NCBI GenBank assembly: GCA_050015075.1
Contig: JBEKCB010000047.1
Coordinates: forward strand, 1-24,105
Reading direction: 5' to 3'
Origin: Candidatus Brocadiia bacterium
GTDB taxonomy: Bacteria > Planctomycetota > Brocadiia > CAIUPP01
DNA: 24,105 nucleotides
Positions 8,601 to 17,583 of the stretch are shown here, in pieces. Under the pieces are notes generated by a model. It had not been told where the DNA came from and did no database searches. It saw only the letters and a list, made by a program, of their open reading frames with translations. Positions within the stretch are counted from its first letter, which is position 1. The number at the start of each line of letters is the position of its first letter. Made by a program: the position numbers and the translations under genes.

Positions 8601-8648
8601 GTTCGTTGCCGGTAATCCGTGTAAATCCGTGTAATCCGCGGCAAGAAC
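8601..8648. repeat. Tandem 9/10-mer repeat (GTA[A]ATCCGY x3) enclosed by an inverted repeat
   Basis: GTAATCCGT(8612-8620), GTAAATCCGT(8621-8630), GTAATCCGC(8631-8639); flanked by GTTC-g-TTGCCG (8601-8611) and CGGCAA-GAAC (8639-8648). Confidence 0.75.
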
Positions 8649-8673
8649 TTTGTTAAATTAAGGAGATGTTGCG

Positions 8674-9516
8674 ATGGCAAAAGCGAAAACGAAAGCGGGC
8701 GGCAGGGCGTTCGACTTTATTAAGATGAATGAGCGCGAGCCGAAGCCGCGCAAGCGCGGCGTGACGGAAATCCGCGGGCCGTATTACACGCCGATGGGCA
8801 AGCGGTACTTGCTCGACATCCTCGAGACGATGGGCGCGTACGTGGACTCCCTCAAGTTCGCCGCCGGCTCGTTCAGCCTGATGCCGCGCGAGGCCGTCCG
8901 CGAGTTGACCGGCCTTTGCCACGAGCACAACGTCCTCGTCTCCACCGGCGGCTTCATCGAATACGTGCTCACGCAGGGTCGCGAGGCGGTCCACAAGTAT
9001 ATCGAGGAGTGCAAGGAACTGGGGTTCGACATTGTCGAGGTCTCCAGCGGTTTCATCACGATCCCGAATGACGACTGGCTGCGGCTGGTCGAGAAGGTGC
9101 AGAAGATGGGGCTGAGGGCGAAGCCGGAAGTCGGCATCCAGTTCGGCGCCGGCGGCGCCAGCGCGGCGGCGGATCTCGAGGAGGAAGGCACGCGCGACGT
9201 GGAGTGGATCATCGGCCAAGCCCGGCGGTTCCTCGACGCCGGCGCATACATGATCATGATCGAGTCGGAGGGAATCACCGAAAGCGTGAAGACCTGGCGC
9301 ACGGATGTCCCGGCGAAGATCGCCAACGCGCTCGGCCTCGAAAAGATCATGTTCGAGGCAGCCGATCCGGAGGTGTTCGCGTGGTACATCAAGAACTTCG
9401 GACCCGAAGTGAACCTCTTCGTGGACCATAGCCAGATCGTGCATCTCGAAGTCCTCCGTGCGGGAATCTGGGGCACGAAGAGTCTTTGGGGCCGCGTGCA
9501 GACGTACAAGGGCTGA
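8674..9516 (+). CDS. Phosphosulfolactate synthase (ComA) family TIM-barrel protein, Hsa32-like subgroup
   Basis: KPR..GVTEIRGPYY, VDSLKFAAGS, STGGFIE, GFDIVEVSSG, PEVG, MIMIESEG, IMFEA, FGPEVNL, LEVLRAG; strong SD TAAGGAG. Family is confident, activity is not (see findings). Confidence 0.9.
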   Translation: MAKAKTKAGGRAFDFIKMNEREPKPRKRGVTEIRGPYYTPMGKRYLLDILETMGAYVDSLKFAAGSFSLMPREAVRELTGLCHEHNVLVSTGGFIEYVLTQGREAVHKYIEECKELGFDIVEVSSGFITIPNDDWLRLVEKVQKMGLRAKPEVGIQFGAGGASAAADLEEEGTRDVEWIIGQARRFLDAGAYMIMIESEGITESVKTWRTDVPAKIANALGLEKIMFEAADPEVFAWYIKNFGPEVNLFVDHSQIVHLEVLRAGIWGTKSLWGRVQTYKG

Positions 9517-9541
9517 ACGCCGGCCGGGCGTTTTATTTTTT
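9516..9541 (+). terminator. Probable intrinsic terminator after the comA-like gene
   Basis: Stem AACGCC(9516-9521)/GGCGTT(9527-9532), 5-nt loop, followed by TTATTTTTT. Confidence 0.55.
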
Positions 9542-9558
9542 CAGCGTGCGAGGAGAAA

Positions 9559-11124
9559 ATGCGGAAACTGAATACGACAGTCGCGATGCTGGTCGCCCTG
9601 TGCGCCGGGATATTTTTTGCAGCCGGCGCTCCAGCCGCCGATCCGCCGGATGCGCCGAAGATCGCGCCCGCGCAGGCGCCGGAGAAAGGCGCTGAGAAGG
9701 CGCCGCCGAAGTCGCCGTCGTTCGACAAAGTCTCCGTCACGCATCACGTCGCCAGGATCAACGGAGAGGACCTCCGCTACACCGCGACCGCCGGCTACCT
9801 GCAGACGCAGGACTCCGCCGGAAAGCCGCGGGCGGAGATTTTCTACACCGCTTATGTGAAGGACGACGCGGATAAACCGGGGCGGCCGGTCACATTCGCC
9901 TTCAACGGCGGCCCCGGCGCCGCCTCGATGTGGGTGAACCTAGGCGCGCTCGGACCGAAGCGCGTGCAGACGGCCGACGAGGGAAAATCCCTGCCCGATC
10001 CCATCCAGCTCGTGGACAACGAATTCACCTGGCTGGAATTCACCGACCTGGTTTTCGTGGACCCGGTCGGCACCGGCTATAGCCGCCCGGCGGCCGGCGT
10101 CGAGGCGAAGACGTTTTACAACGTCCCGGCCGACGTCGAGTCCGCCGCGAACTTCATCCGGCTCTACGTCACGCGCAATGAGCGCTGGCTCTCGCCGAAA
10201 TTTCTGGCGGGCGAAAGCTACGGCGGCACGCGCGCGGCCGCGCTCTCGATGGAACTCCAGAACGGGCTCGGCATGAACCTGCGCGGCATCGTGCTGATCT
10301 CGTCGGTCCTCGACTTCCAGACCATCTCCTTCGATCCCGGCAACGACCTGCCGTACGCGCTCTATCTGCCCGGCTACACGGCGATTGCCTGGTACCACAA
10401 GAAGTTGCCGGAGGACCTGCAGCGGCTGAAGCTGCCGGAGGCGCTGGCGGAGGCGGAACGTTGGGCGACGGAGAAGTACCTGCCCGCGCTGGCCAAGGGC
10501 GACTCGCTGACGGACGAGGAGCGCGCCGCCGTCGTCAAGGACCTCGCGCGCTACACCGGCCTTCCGGCGCCGCTGCTGATGAAGGTCAACCTGCGCATGG
10601 GGAACCGGCGCTTCGCCAAGGAACTCCTCGGCGATCAGAACCGCGTCCTCGGCCTGATGGACGGCCGCGTAGCCGGGTTCGATACGAACCCCGGCATTCC
10701 GCACACGGAGTATGACCCTTCCTTCTACATCCAGACCGTCCCGTTCGTCGCCTGCATCAACGCGTACCTGCGGTCCGAACTCAAATTCGAGACGGACCTG
10801 GAGTATGAGTACCTGTCCGGCGAAGTCAGCCATGAATGGAAGTGGGGTGAGGCGGGCGAAGGCTACCTGAACGAACTGCACGACCTGTGCCGCGCCGTCA
10901 CCGAGAACATGCAGTTGAAGCTGTTCGTCGCCAACGGCATCTACGACCTCAACACCAGCTACTTCGCCACCAAGTACGCGCTCAACCACCTCGGCCTGGC
11001 CCCGAGCCTGCAAGCCAACGTCCGCAGCCGCCAGTATCCCGCCGGCCACATGTTCTACAACGACCCGGCATGCCTGAAGCAACTCAAGGAGGACGTGGCG
11101 GCGTTTTACAAGGACGCCCGTTGA
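9559..11124 (+). CDS. Secreted serine carboxypeptidase, peptidase family S10
   Basis: Signal peptide plus Pro/Ala/Lys linker; FAFNGGPG, DLVFVDPVGTGYS; catalytic Ser in GESYGG, Asp in GIYDL, His in AGHMFY; SD GAGGAG. Confidence 0.95.
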   Translation: MRKLNTTVAMLVALCAGIFFAAGAPAADPPDAPKIAPAQAPEKGAEKAPPKSPSFDKVSVTHHVARINGEDLRYTATAGYLQTQDSAGKPRAEIFYTAYVKDDADKPGRPVTFAFNGGPGAASMWVNLGALGPKRVQTADEGKSLPDPIQLVDNEFTWLEFTDLVFVDPVGTGYSRPAAGVEAKTFYNVPADVESAANFIRLYVTRNERWLSPKFLAGESYGGTRAAALSMELQNGLGMNLRGIVLISSVLDFQTISFDPGNDLPYALYLPGYTAIAWYHKKLPEDLQRLKLPEALAEAERWATEKYLPALAKGDSLTDEERAAVVKDLARYTGLPAPLLMKVNLRMGNRRFAKELLGDQNRVLGLMDGRVAGFDTNPGIPHTEYDPSFYIQTVPFVACINAYLRSELKFETDLEYEYLSGEVSHEWKWGEAGEGYLNELHDLCRAVTENMQLKLFVANGIYDLNTSYFATKYALNHLGLAPSLQANVRSRQYPAGHMFYNDPACLKQLKEDVAAFYKDAR

Positions 11125-11126
11125 GA

Positions 11127-11149
11127 TTGCATCCTTGAGGATGGCGCAA
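11127..11149. terminator. Weak hairpin between convergent S10 peptidase and nuoN
   Basis: CATCC-TTGA-GGATG (11130-11143) with outer TTG/CAA; no U-tract on either strand. Confidence 0.25.
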
Positions 11150-11153
11150 CCCC

Positions 11154-12593
11154 TCAATGCAGATTGCCGGCAAGCGATTGCAGCAGCCCGATCAGCGGTC
11201 CGGGATAGACTCCGAACCAGATCAGGACGAAAAGCAGGCCCGCGAGCGCCATGCTTGCGGCGGGCGAGGATTTCGCCGCGGTTGGCGGCTCCGCCGGGCC
11301 CGGGCGCGGCTGCGAGTACATGGCTACGATGATCCGGACGTAGTAGTAAAGCCCGATCGCGCTGTTGACGACGAGCATGATGACCAGCAGCCACATCCGC
11401 CCGGCGACGCCGGCGGTGAGCAGGTAGAATTTCCCGACGAACCCAGCGGTCAGCGGGATCCCCGCGAGCGAAAAAAGCATCGCCGTCAGGACGCCGCTCA
11501 GCCACGGCCTGCGCCACGCCAGCCCGCGATAGTCCTCCAGCGAGTCCGCGTCGCCGTCTTTGTTCGAGAGCGCGGCCACCACGCCCCACGCGCCGAGCGT
11601 GGTGACGACGTACGCCAGCAAATAGTAGCTCGCCGCGAGCGGCGCGTAGGCGCGCGCCGCGAGCAGGGCGATCAGCAGGTAGCCGGAGTGCGCGATGGAG
11701 GAATAGGCCAGGATGCGCTTGACGCTCGCCTGCATCAGGGCCAGCAGGTTGCCGGTGAACATCGAGAGGATGGCGGTCAGGGTGAGCACGATGCGCAGCG
11801 AGCCGCCCTCGGCCGCGCCGAGCGCCGCGAAGTACCTGAGCAACACGGCGAACACGGCGGCTTTCGAGACGGTGGCCAGGAACGCCGTCGCCGGGGCCGG
11901 CGCGCCCTGGTAGACGTCGGGCGTCCACATGTGGAAAGGCGCCAGCGCGAGCTTGAATCCGACGCCGACGATGATCATCGCCATGCCCGCCGGCGCAAGC
12001 AGGCTGCCTCCGTGAGCGCTCCACGCCTCGGCGATCCGCGAGAACTCCATCGTTCCGAACTCCGCGTAGATCAGCGCCATGCCGAAGAGCAGGAACGCCG
12101 CGGAGACGGCCGCGAGGATCAGGTACTTCACGCCGGCTTCGATACTATTCCGGCCCTGGCGCTCGTAGGCGATGAGCGTGTACAGCGAGACGGTGAGCGC
12201 CTCGAGGCCGAGGAAGAAGGAGACGAAATGGCTGCTCGTCGCGAGCACCACCGCGCCCGCCGTCGCGATCAGCAGAAGCACGTAGAACTCCTCCGGCTGC
12301 CGCTCGCGCCGCTGCAGGTATCCATGGGAGAGCAGCACGACGACGAAGCTCGCGGCCAGGATCAGCCCCGCGAAGAAGAGCGCGTAGCCGTCCAGCGTCA
12401 GCAGCGACGCGACACGCGTCGAGGCGGTCGCGGACATCCCGCACAGCGGCACGAAGCCCGCCGCGAGACCGACCAGGCTCAACGTTGCGGCCAGGGCGTG
12501 GTTGCGGCCGGAACCGATGATGAGCAGGATGGCCACCGCCGTCACGGCCGGCGCGATGATGGGCAACAGCGGAATGATGTCGGATGGGCTCAA
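11154..12593 (-). CDS. nuoN: NADH-quinone oxidoreductase subunit N
   Basis: Highly hydrophobic; FLGLE, SIEAGVKYLIL, GFKLALAPFHMWTPDVYQGAP, KRILAYSSIAHSGY, SLAGIPLTAGFVGK; TTG start overlapping the nuoM stop (TTGA). Confidence 0.96.
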   Translation of the reverse strand: MSPSDIIPLLPIIAPAVTAVAILLIIGSGRNHALAATLSLVGLAAGFVPLCGMSATASTRVASLLTLDGYALFFAGLILAASFVVVLLSHGYLQRRERQPEEFYVLLLIATAGAVVLATSSHFVSFFLGLEALTVSLYTLIAYERQGRNSIEAGVKYLILAAVSAAFLLFGMALIYAEFGTMEFSRIAEAWSAHGGSLLAPAGMAMIIVGVGFKLALAPFHMWTPDVYQGAPAPATAFLATVSKAAVFAVLLRYFAALGAAEGGSLRIVLTLTAILSMFTGNLLALMQASVKRILAYSSIAHSGYLLIALLAARAYAPLAASYYLLAYVVTTLGAWGVVAALSNKDGDADSLEDYRGLAWRRPWLSGVLTAMLFSLAGIPLTAGFVGKFYLLTAGVAGRMWLLVIMLVVNSAIGLYYYVRIIVAMYSQPRPGPAEPPTAAKSSPAASMALAGLLFVLIWFGVYPGPLIGLLQSLAGNLH

Positions 12594-14149
12594 GGTGTTC
12601 CTCCGCGGCCTGCCGCTGCGGACATCACTCTCTCGCGGCCGACGCCCGGCGCCCGGTCAAGCCTCTGCGCCTTCGATTCGACCGGCGTGAGTTCAAGCGG
12701 ACTTATCTCCCGCTGATTCGGCAGGGACTGCTGCAGGGTCGGCCCGACCGTGCGCAGGAGCGTCGCGGGATACAGCCCGAGCCAGAGCACGGCGGCCACC
12801 AGCACGGCCGCGATGGCGGTCTCGCGCGGCGTCAGGTCGGAGAATCTCCAGCGTTCCCGGTTCGGCCCGTGGAAAACGCGCTGGACGATCCACAGCGCGT
12901 AGATGACCGCCGCCACCAGACCCAGCGCCCCGACGGCCGCGAGCGCTATGCTGACGCGATAAGTCCCCAGCAGCACCAGGAACTCGCCGACGAAGTTGGC
13001 CGTCCCCGGCAATCCCAGCGACGCCAGCGCGAAGAACAGCGTGAACCCGCCGAGCCGCGGCGCCGTCTCCCACAGGCCGCCCATCCGGTTCATGTCGTGA
13101 GTGTGCACACGCTCGTAAAGCTGGCCGACCAGGATGAACAGCGCGCCGGTGCTGACGCCGTGCGCGACCATGACCGCGACGACGCCGTTCAACGCCGTCG
13201 CGTTCCACGCGAAGATGCCCAGCAGCACGAAGCCCATGTGGCTGACGCTCGTGTAGGCCACGAGCCGCTTGAGGTCACGCTGGCCGAAAGCCAGCAGCGC
13301 GCCATACAGGATGCCGATCACCGCGAGCGTCATGATGTACGGCGACAGCGCAGCCGCCGCGCCCGGGAAGAGCGGCACGGCGAAGCGGAGCAACCCGTAC
13401 GCGCCGACCTTCAGCACCAGCCCGGCCAGGATCACGCTTCCGGCCGTCGGCGCCTCGGAGTGCGCGTCCGGCAGCCACGTGTGCACCGGCACGGCCGGCA
13501 GCTTCACCGCAAAAGCGGCGAAGAACGCCAGGAAGAGCCAGAGCGCGGCCGAGGACGACATCGGCGTGTTCAGCAGCTCGCGGTACTCGAACGTATAGAC
13601 ACCGGCGACTCGGGCGTGAATGAAGTACAGGCCGAGGATGCCGACGAGCATCAGCAGTCCGCTGGCCTGCGTGAAGATGAAGAACTTGATGGCCGCGTAA
13701 ACGCGGCGCTCGTGCCCCCACAGGACGATCAGGAAGTAGAGCGGCACGAGCATCACTTCCCAGAAGACGTAGAAGAGGAACAAGTCCATCGCCAGGAAGC
13801 CGCCGGTGATCGCCGCCGTGACCCACATCAGGTTGAAATGGAAGAAGCCGACGCGCTCCTGGATTCCGCGCCACGAGGCCGCGACGGCGAGGATGCTGAG
13901 GAAGTCCGTCAGCAGCACCATCACCAGGCTCACGCCGTCCATCGCCAGGCTGAAGGAAACGCCCCAGTCGGGAATCCATGGAACGGGGCGCTGCGTAGCG
14001 CCGTGCGCGCCGGCCCAGAGCGCCAGCCCGAAACTTGCCGCCGGCGCCAGGAGCGAAATCCATCGGCACGCCGTCGCGCTGCGCCGCGCCAGCAGCCACG
14101 CCAGCACGCCCGCCGCGAACGGAATCAGGATGCACCATGTCAGGATCAT
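12590..14149 (-). CDS. nuoM: NADH-quinone oxidoreductase subunit M
   Basis: DLFLFYVFWE, AAIKFFIFT, AVKLPAVPVHTWLPDAHSEAPTAGS, KRLVAYTSVSHMG, LGLPGTANFVGEF; true start ATG 14149 overlaps the nuoL stop (ATGA). Confidence 0.96.
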   Translation of the reverse strand: MILTWCILIPFAAGVLAWLLARRSATACRWISLLAPAASFGLALWAGAHGATQRPVPWIPDWGVSFSLAMDGVSLVMVLLTDFLSILAVAASWRGIQERVGFFHFNLMWVTAAITGGFLAMDLFLFYVFWEVMLVPLYFLIVLWGHERRVYAAIKFFIFTQASGLLMLVGILGLYFIHARVAGVYTFEYRELLNTPMSSSAALWLFLAFFAAFAVKLPAVPVHTWLPDAHSEAPTAGSVILAGLVLKVGAYGLLRFAVPLFPGAAAALSPYIMTLAVIGILYGALLAFGQRDLKRLVAYTSVSHMGFVLLGIFAWNATALNGVVAVMVAHGVSTGALFILVGQLYERVHTHDMNRMGGLWETAPRLGGFTLFFALASLGLPGTANFVGEFLVLLGTYRVSIALAAVGALGLVAAVIYALWIVQRVFHGPNRERWRFSDLTPRETAIAAVLVAAVLWLGLYPATLLRTVGPTLQQSLPNQREISPLELTPVESKAQRLDRAPGVGRERVMSAAAGRGGTP

Positions 14150-16035
14150 GCGAACACCGCTATCAGGATCGTGATGATCGCGCCGAGGACGATTCCCATC
14201 GCGTACCAGCGCAGCACGCCGGTTTCCGTCCGGCTCAATGCGCGGTGGAGGCGCACGTTCGCCTCGGCCACTCCGGTGAAAATGGAGTCCGCAAAATCGC
14301 GGCGGCTGAGCTCGGCCGCACGGACGAACGGACGGACGAACAGCCGGTCGTACAGCGCGTCGAATCCCCATCCCGCGAGCCAGAGCCGCTGCAGCGCGCC
14401 GCCTGCCCGCGACATCGCCAGCCGCGCCGACCAGCCGGGCATCGCGAGCACGAACACATAAGCCAGCCAGGCGCCCAGCAGCAGAAGCAGGGCCGCGAGG
14501 AGCTGGAGCAGCAGTTCAATTCGGAGAGGCGTCGTCGCCGCGCGCTCAGCGAAAACGCTTCGCAGGAAATCGGAAAAGACCGGCGCGCCGCCCAGGTAAT
14601 GCGGCAGTTCCACACAGCCGCCGACGACCGAAAGCGCCGCCAGCACCGCTAACGGGATGCTCATTCGCCAGCCGGGTTTCATCGCGGGTCGTGCGCACAT
14701 CGGCCCGAAGAAGGTCAGGAAAACCATGCGGAACGTGTACGCGGCCGTGAGCAGCACGCCGGCCATTCCCGCCGCGCAAAGCCATCGGCCGCCCCAGCGA
14801 GACGCCCACGCAGCCGAAAGGATCATGTCCTTGCTGTAGAATCCCGCCGTCACGATCGGCAGGCCGCACAGCGAGCAGGAGGCGATCAGGAAAGTCCAGA
14901 ACGTCAGCGGCATCTCGCGCCGCAGGCCGCCCATCTTGAGCATGTTGTGCTCTTCGCGGAGCGCCTGGATCACCACGCCCGCGCCGAGGAACAGGAGCGA
15001 CTTGAAAAAGGCGTGCGTCATGAAATGGAAGATAGCCGCCGACCACGCACCCGCGCCGAGCGCCAGGAACATGTAGCCGATCTGGCTGATCGTCGAATAG
15101 GCCAGGACGCGCTTGAGGTCCGACTGCGCGAGCGCCGCGCATCCCGCGTAAAGGAGCGTCGCCGAGCCGATGACCGCGACGGCGGCCTGCACCGCCGGCG
15201 CGAGCGCGAAGAGGACGTGCATGCGCGCAATCAAGTACACGCCGGCGGTCACCATAGTCGCGGCGTGGATCAGCGCGCTCACTGGCGTCGGGCCGGCCAT
15301 CGCGTCGGGCAGCCACGTCTGCAGCGGCAACTGCGCGGACTTGCCCAGCGCGCCGCCGAGCAGCAGGGCCGCCGCGGCCACGGCCAGGCTGGAACCCGGC
15401 GTCCATCGGCTCGCGGCGGCTTGCAGCAGGCTGGGGATGTCCAGCGTTCCGAGGCGAGTGAAGAGCAGGAACAGGCCGATCGCCATCGCCGTGTCGCCCA
15501 CGCGCGTGACGATGAACGCCTTCCGCGCGGCCCGGCCGTTGGCGGGGTCCTTGTACCAGAACCCGATGAGCAGGTAGCTGCACAGCCCGACGCCTTCCCA
15601 GCCCAGGTACAGCAGCAGGAGATTTTTCGCCAGCAACAGCACCAGCATCGAGGCGATGAACAGGTCCAGGTATGCGAAGAAACGGCCGTACGCCTCGTCC
15701 TCTTCCATGAATTCCGCGGAATACAGCAGGATCAGGAACCCGACGAACGTGACGACGAGCGCCATGACCAGCGAAAGAGGATCGAGGTAGAGTTCGATGC
15801 GCGGCGAGAAACTGCCGACGGAGATCCAGGTCCAGAGCGTCTGCGCGAACGCGTGTCCGGGCGGCGGCGACTCGAAGAAACGGATGGCGAGCGCCGCACA
15901 GACCGCCGCGGCCGCAGCGGCCGTTCCCGCGCCGACGACGGCCGAGGCGCGGCGGCCGAGGCGCGCGCCCGCCACGGTCAGCGCCGCGAAGCCCGCCAGC
16001 GGCAGTGCGGGAATCAGCCAGAGCCATTCGAACAT
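14146..16035 (-). CDS. nuoL: NADH-quinone oxidoreductase subunit L
   Basis: GWEGVGLCSYLLIGFW, KAFIVTRVGD, GKSAQLPLQTWLPDAMAGPTPVSALIHAATMVTAG, THAFFK, GFYSKD. Confidence 0.97.
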   Translation of the reverse strand: MFEWLWLIPALPLAGFAALTVAGARLGRRASAVVGAGTAAAAAAVCAALAIRFFESPPPGHAFAQTLWTWISVGSFSPRIELYLDPLSLVMALVVTFVGFLILLYSAEFMEEDEAYGRFFAYLDLFIASMLVLLLAKNLLLLYLGWEGVGLCSYLLIGFWYKDPANGRAARKAFIVTRVGDTAMAIGLFLLFTRLGTLDIPSLLQAAASRWTPGSSLAVAAAALLLGGALGKSAQLPLQTWLPDAMAGPTPVSALIHAATMVTAGVYLIARMHVLFALAPAVQAAVAVIGSATLLYAGCAALAQSDLKRVLAYSTISQIGYMFLALGAGAWSAAIFHFMTHAFFKSLLFLGAGVVIQALREEHNMLKMGGLRREMPLTFWTFLIASCSLCGLPIVTAGFYSKDMILSAAWASRWGGRWLCAAGMAGVLLTAAYTFRMVFLTFFGPMCARPAMKPGWRMSIPLAVLAALSVVGGCVELPHYLGGAPVFSDFLRSVFAERAATTPLRIELLLQLLAALLLLLGAWLAYVFVLAMPGWSARLAMSRAGGALQRLWLAGWGFDALYDRLFVRPFVRAAELSRRDFADSIFTGVAEANVRLHRALSRTETGVLRWYAMGIVLGAIITILIAVFA

Positions 16036-16036
16036 G

Positions 16037-16345
16037 TCATCCTCGCATCCGGTTCGCCGCGTCCACGTCCAGCGTTTTCAGCCGGTGATAAAGCTGGAAC
16101 ACCATCGCCAGCCCGACGGAAACCTCGGCGGCAGCCATGGTCAGGATGAAGAAGAACATCACCTGCCCGTCCGGCTGCGTCCAGCGCGAGCCGGCCACGA
16201 CGAAGGCCAGCCCGGCCGCGTTGAACATGATCTCGATGGACATCAACATGAAAACGATGTTCCTCCGCACGAGCACGCCGGCCAGCCCGAGCGCAAACAG
16301 CGCCGCCGCCAGTATCAGGCCGTGCTCCATCGGGATGGAAGCCAT
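16037..16345 (-). CDS. nuoK: NADH-quinone oxidoreductase subunit K
   Basis: [31 protein letters not shown]; 102 aa with three hydrophobic segments. Confidence 0.96.
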   Translation of the reverse strand: MASIPMEHGLILAAALFALGLAGVLVRRNIVFMLMSIEIMFNAAGLAFVVAGSRWTQPDGQVMFFFILTMAAAEVSVGLAMVFQLYHRLKTLDVDAANRMRG

Positions 16346-16364
16346 CAGGATCCCTTCTCTCAGG

Positions 16365-16445
16365 AAGGATGAAGGATGAAAGATGAAGGATGAAGACGGC
16401 TCACAATCAACCGCCGTTCTTCCTTCTCTCTTTCACCTTCATCTT

Positions 16446-16460
<15 letters not shown>
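16365..16460. repeat. Heptamer-repeat palindrome (AAGGATG)n/(CATCCTT)n between nuoJ and nuoK
   Basis: 16365-16389 is the exact reverse complement of 16436-16460 (25 bp); inner mini-stem GACGGC/GCCGTT; the right arm contains the nuoJ stop. Confidence 0.92.
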
Positions 16461-16952
<492 letters not shown>

Positions 16953-16967
16953 AGCTATCCTTTCAGA

Positions 16968-17056
16968 ACGGCGACGATGGACGATGAACTGCGACGATGG
17001 ACGATAGACGATGGACCACCGCATGCCGACCATCGTCTATCGTCCATCGTCGCCGT
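16968..17056. repeat. Heptamer-repeat palindrome (GACGATG)n/(CATCGTC)n between nuoI and nuoJ
   Basis: 16991-17014 is the exact reverse complement of 17030-17053 (24 bp, 15-nt loop); an extra left copy 16968-16985 is complementary to 17039-17056. Confidence 0.92.
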
Positions 17057-17571
17057 CATGGCATTAAACTCTTCACGTCCACCGGCGGCTCCTCGTTCTC
17101 CGCCTGGCCCTTGTCCTTGCCCTTGATCGCCAGCCCGGCCACGCGATAGAAATTGTAATCCGGGTACTTACCGCAGCCGGCGATCATCAGGTCCTCCTTC
17201 TCGTACACCAGGTTCGCGCGGCGGTACTCGCCCATTTCGCAGTCGGGCGTGAGCTGGATGGCGCACGTCGGGCAGGCCTCCTCGCAGAACCCGCAGAAAA
17301 TGCAGCGCGAGAAATTGATCCGGAAGAACTCCGGGTACCGCCGGCCGTGCTCGTCCTCCTTCGCCTGCAGCGCGATGCACGCGACGGGGCAGACGACCGC
17401 GCAGAGATAACACGCGACGCACCGCTCGCCGCCGTCCGGGTCGCGCGAGAGGATGATCCGCCCGCGAAATCGCGGCGGGAGATAGGGCTTCTCTTCCGGA
17501 TAGCAGATCGTCTCGCGCCGCCGGAAGGCATGCACGAAGACGGCCCAGATCGCGCGAATCAGCGAGAACAT
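17056..17571 (-). CDS. nuoI: NADH-quinone oxidoreductase subunit I
   Basis: [13 protein letters not shown]; two ferredoxin motifs [12 protein letters not shown] and [12 protein letters not shown]; E. coli-like C-terminus GKDKG.AENE.PP.DVKSLMP. Confidence 0.97.
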   Translation of the reverse strand: MFSLIRAIWAVFVHAFRRRETICYPEEKPYLPPRFRGRIILSRDPDGGERCVACYLCAVVCPVACIALQAKEDEHGRRYPEFFRINFSRCIFCGFCEEACPTCAIQLTPDCEMGEYRRANLVYEKEDLMIAGCGKYPDYNFYRVAGLAIKGKDKGQAENEEPPVDVKSLMP

Positions 17572-17583
17572 CGCAAGCTCCTT

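Noticed and set aside
8674-9516. Coenzyme M biosynthesis locus
   Set aside because: No comB-E or xcb partners in the window and the EVGKK lysine motif is replaced.
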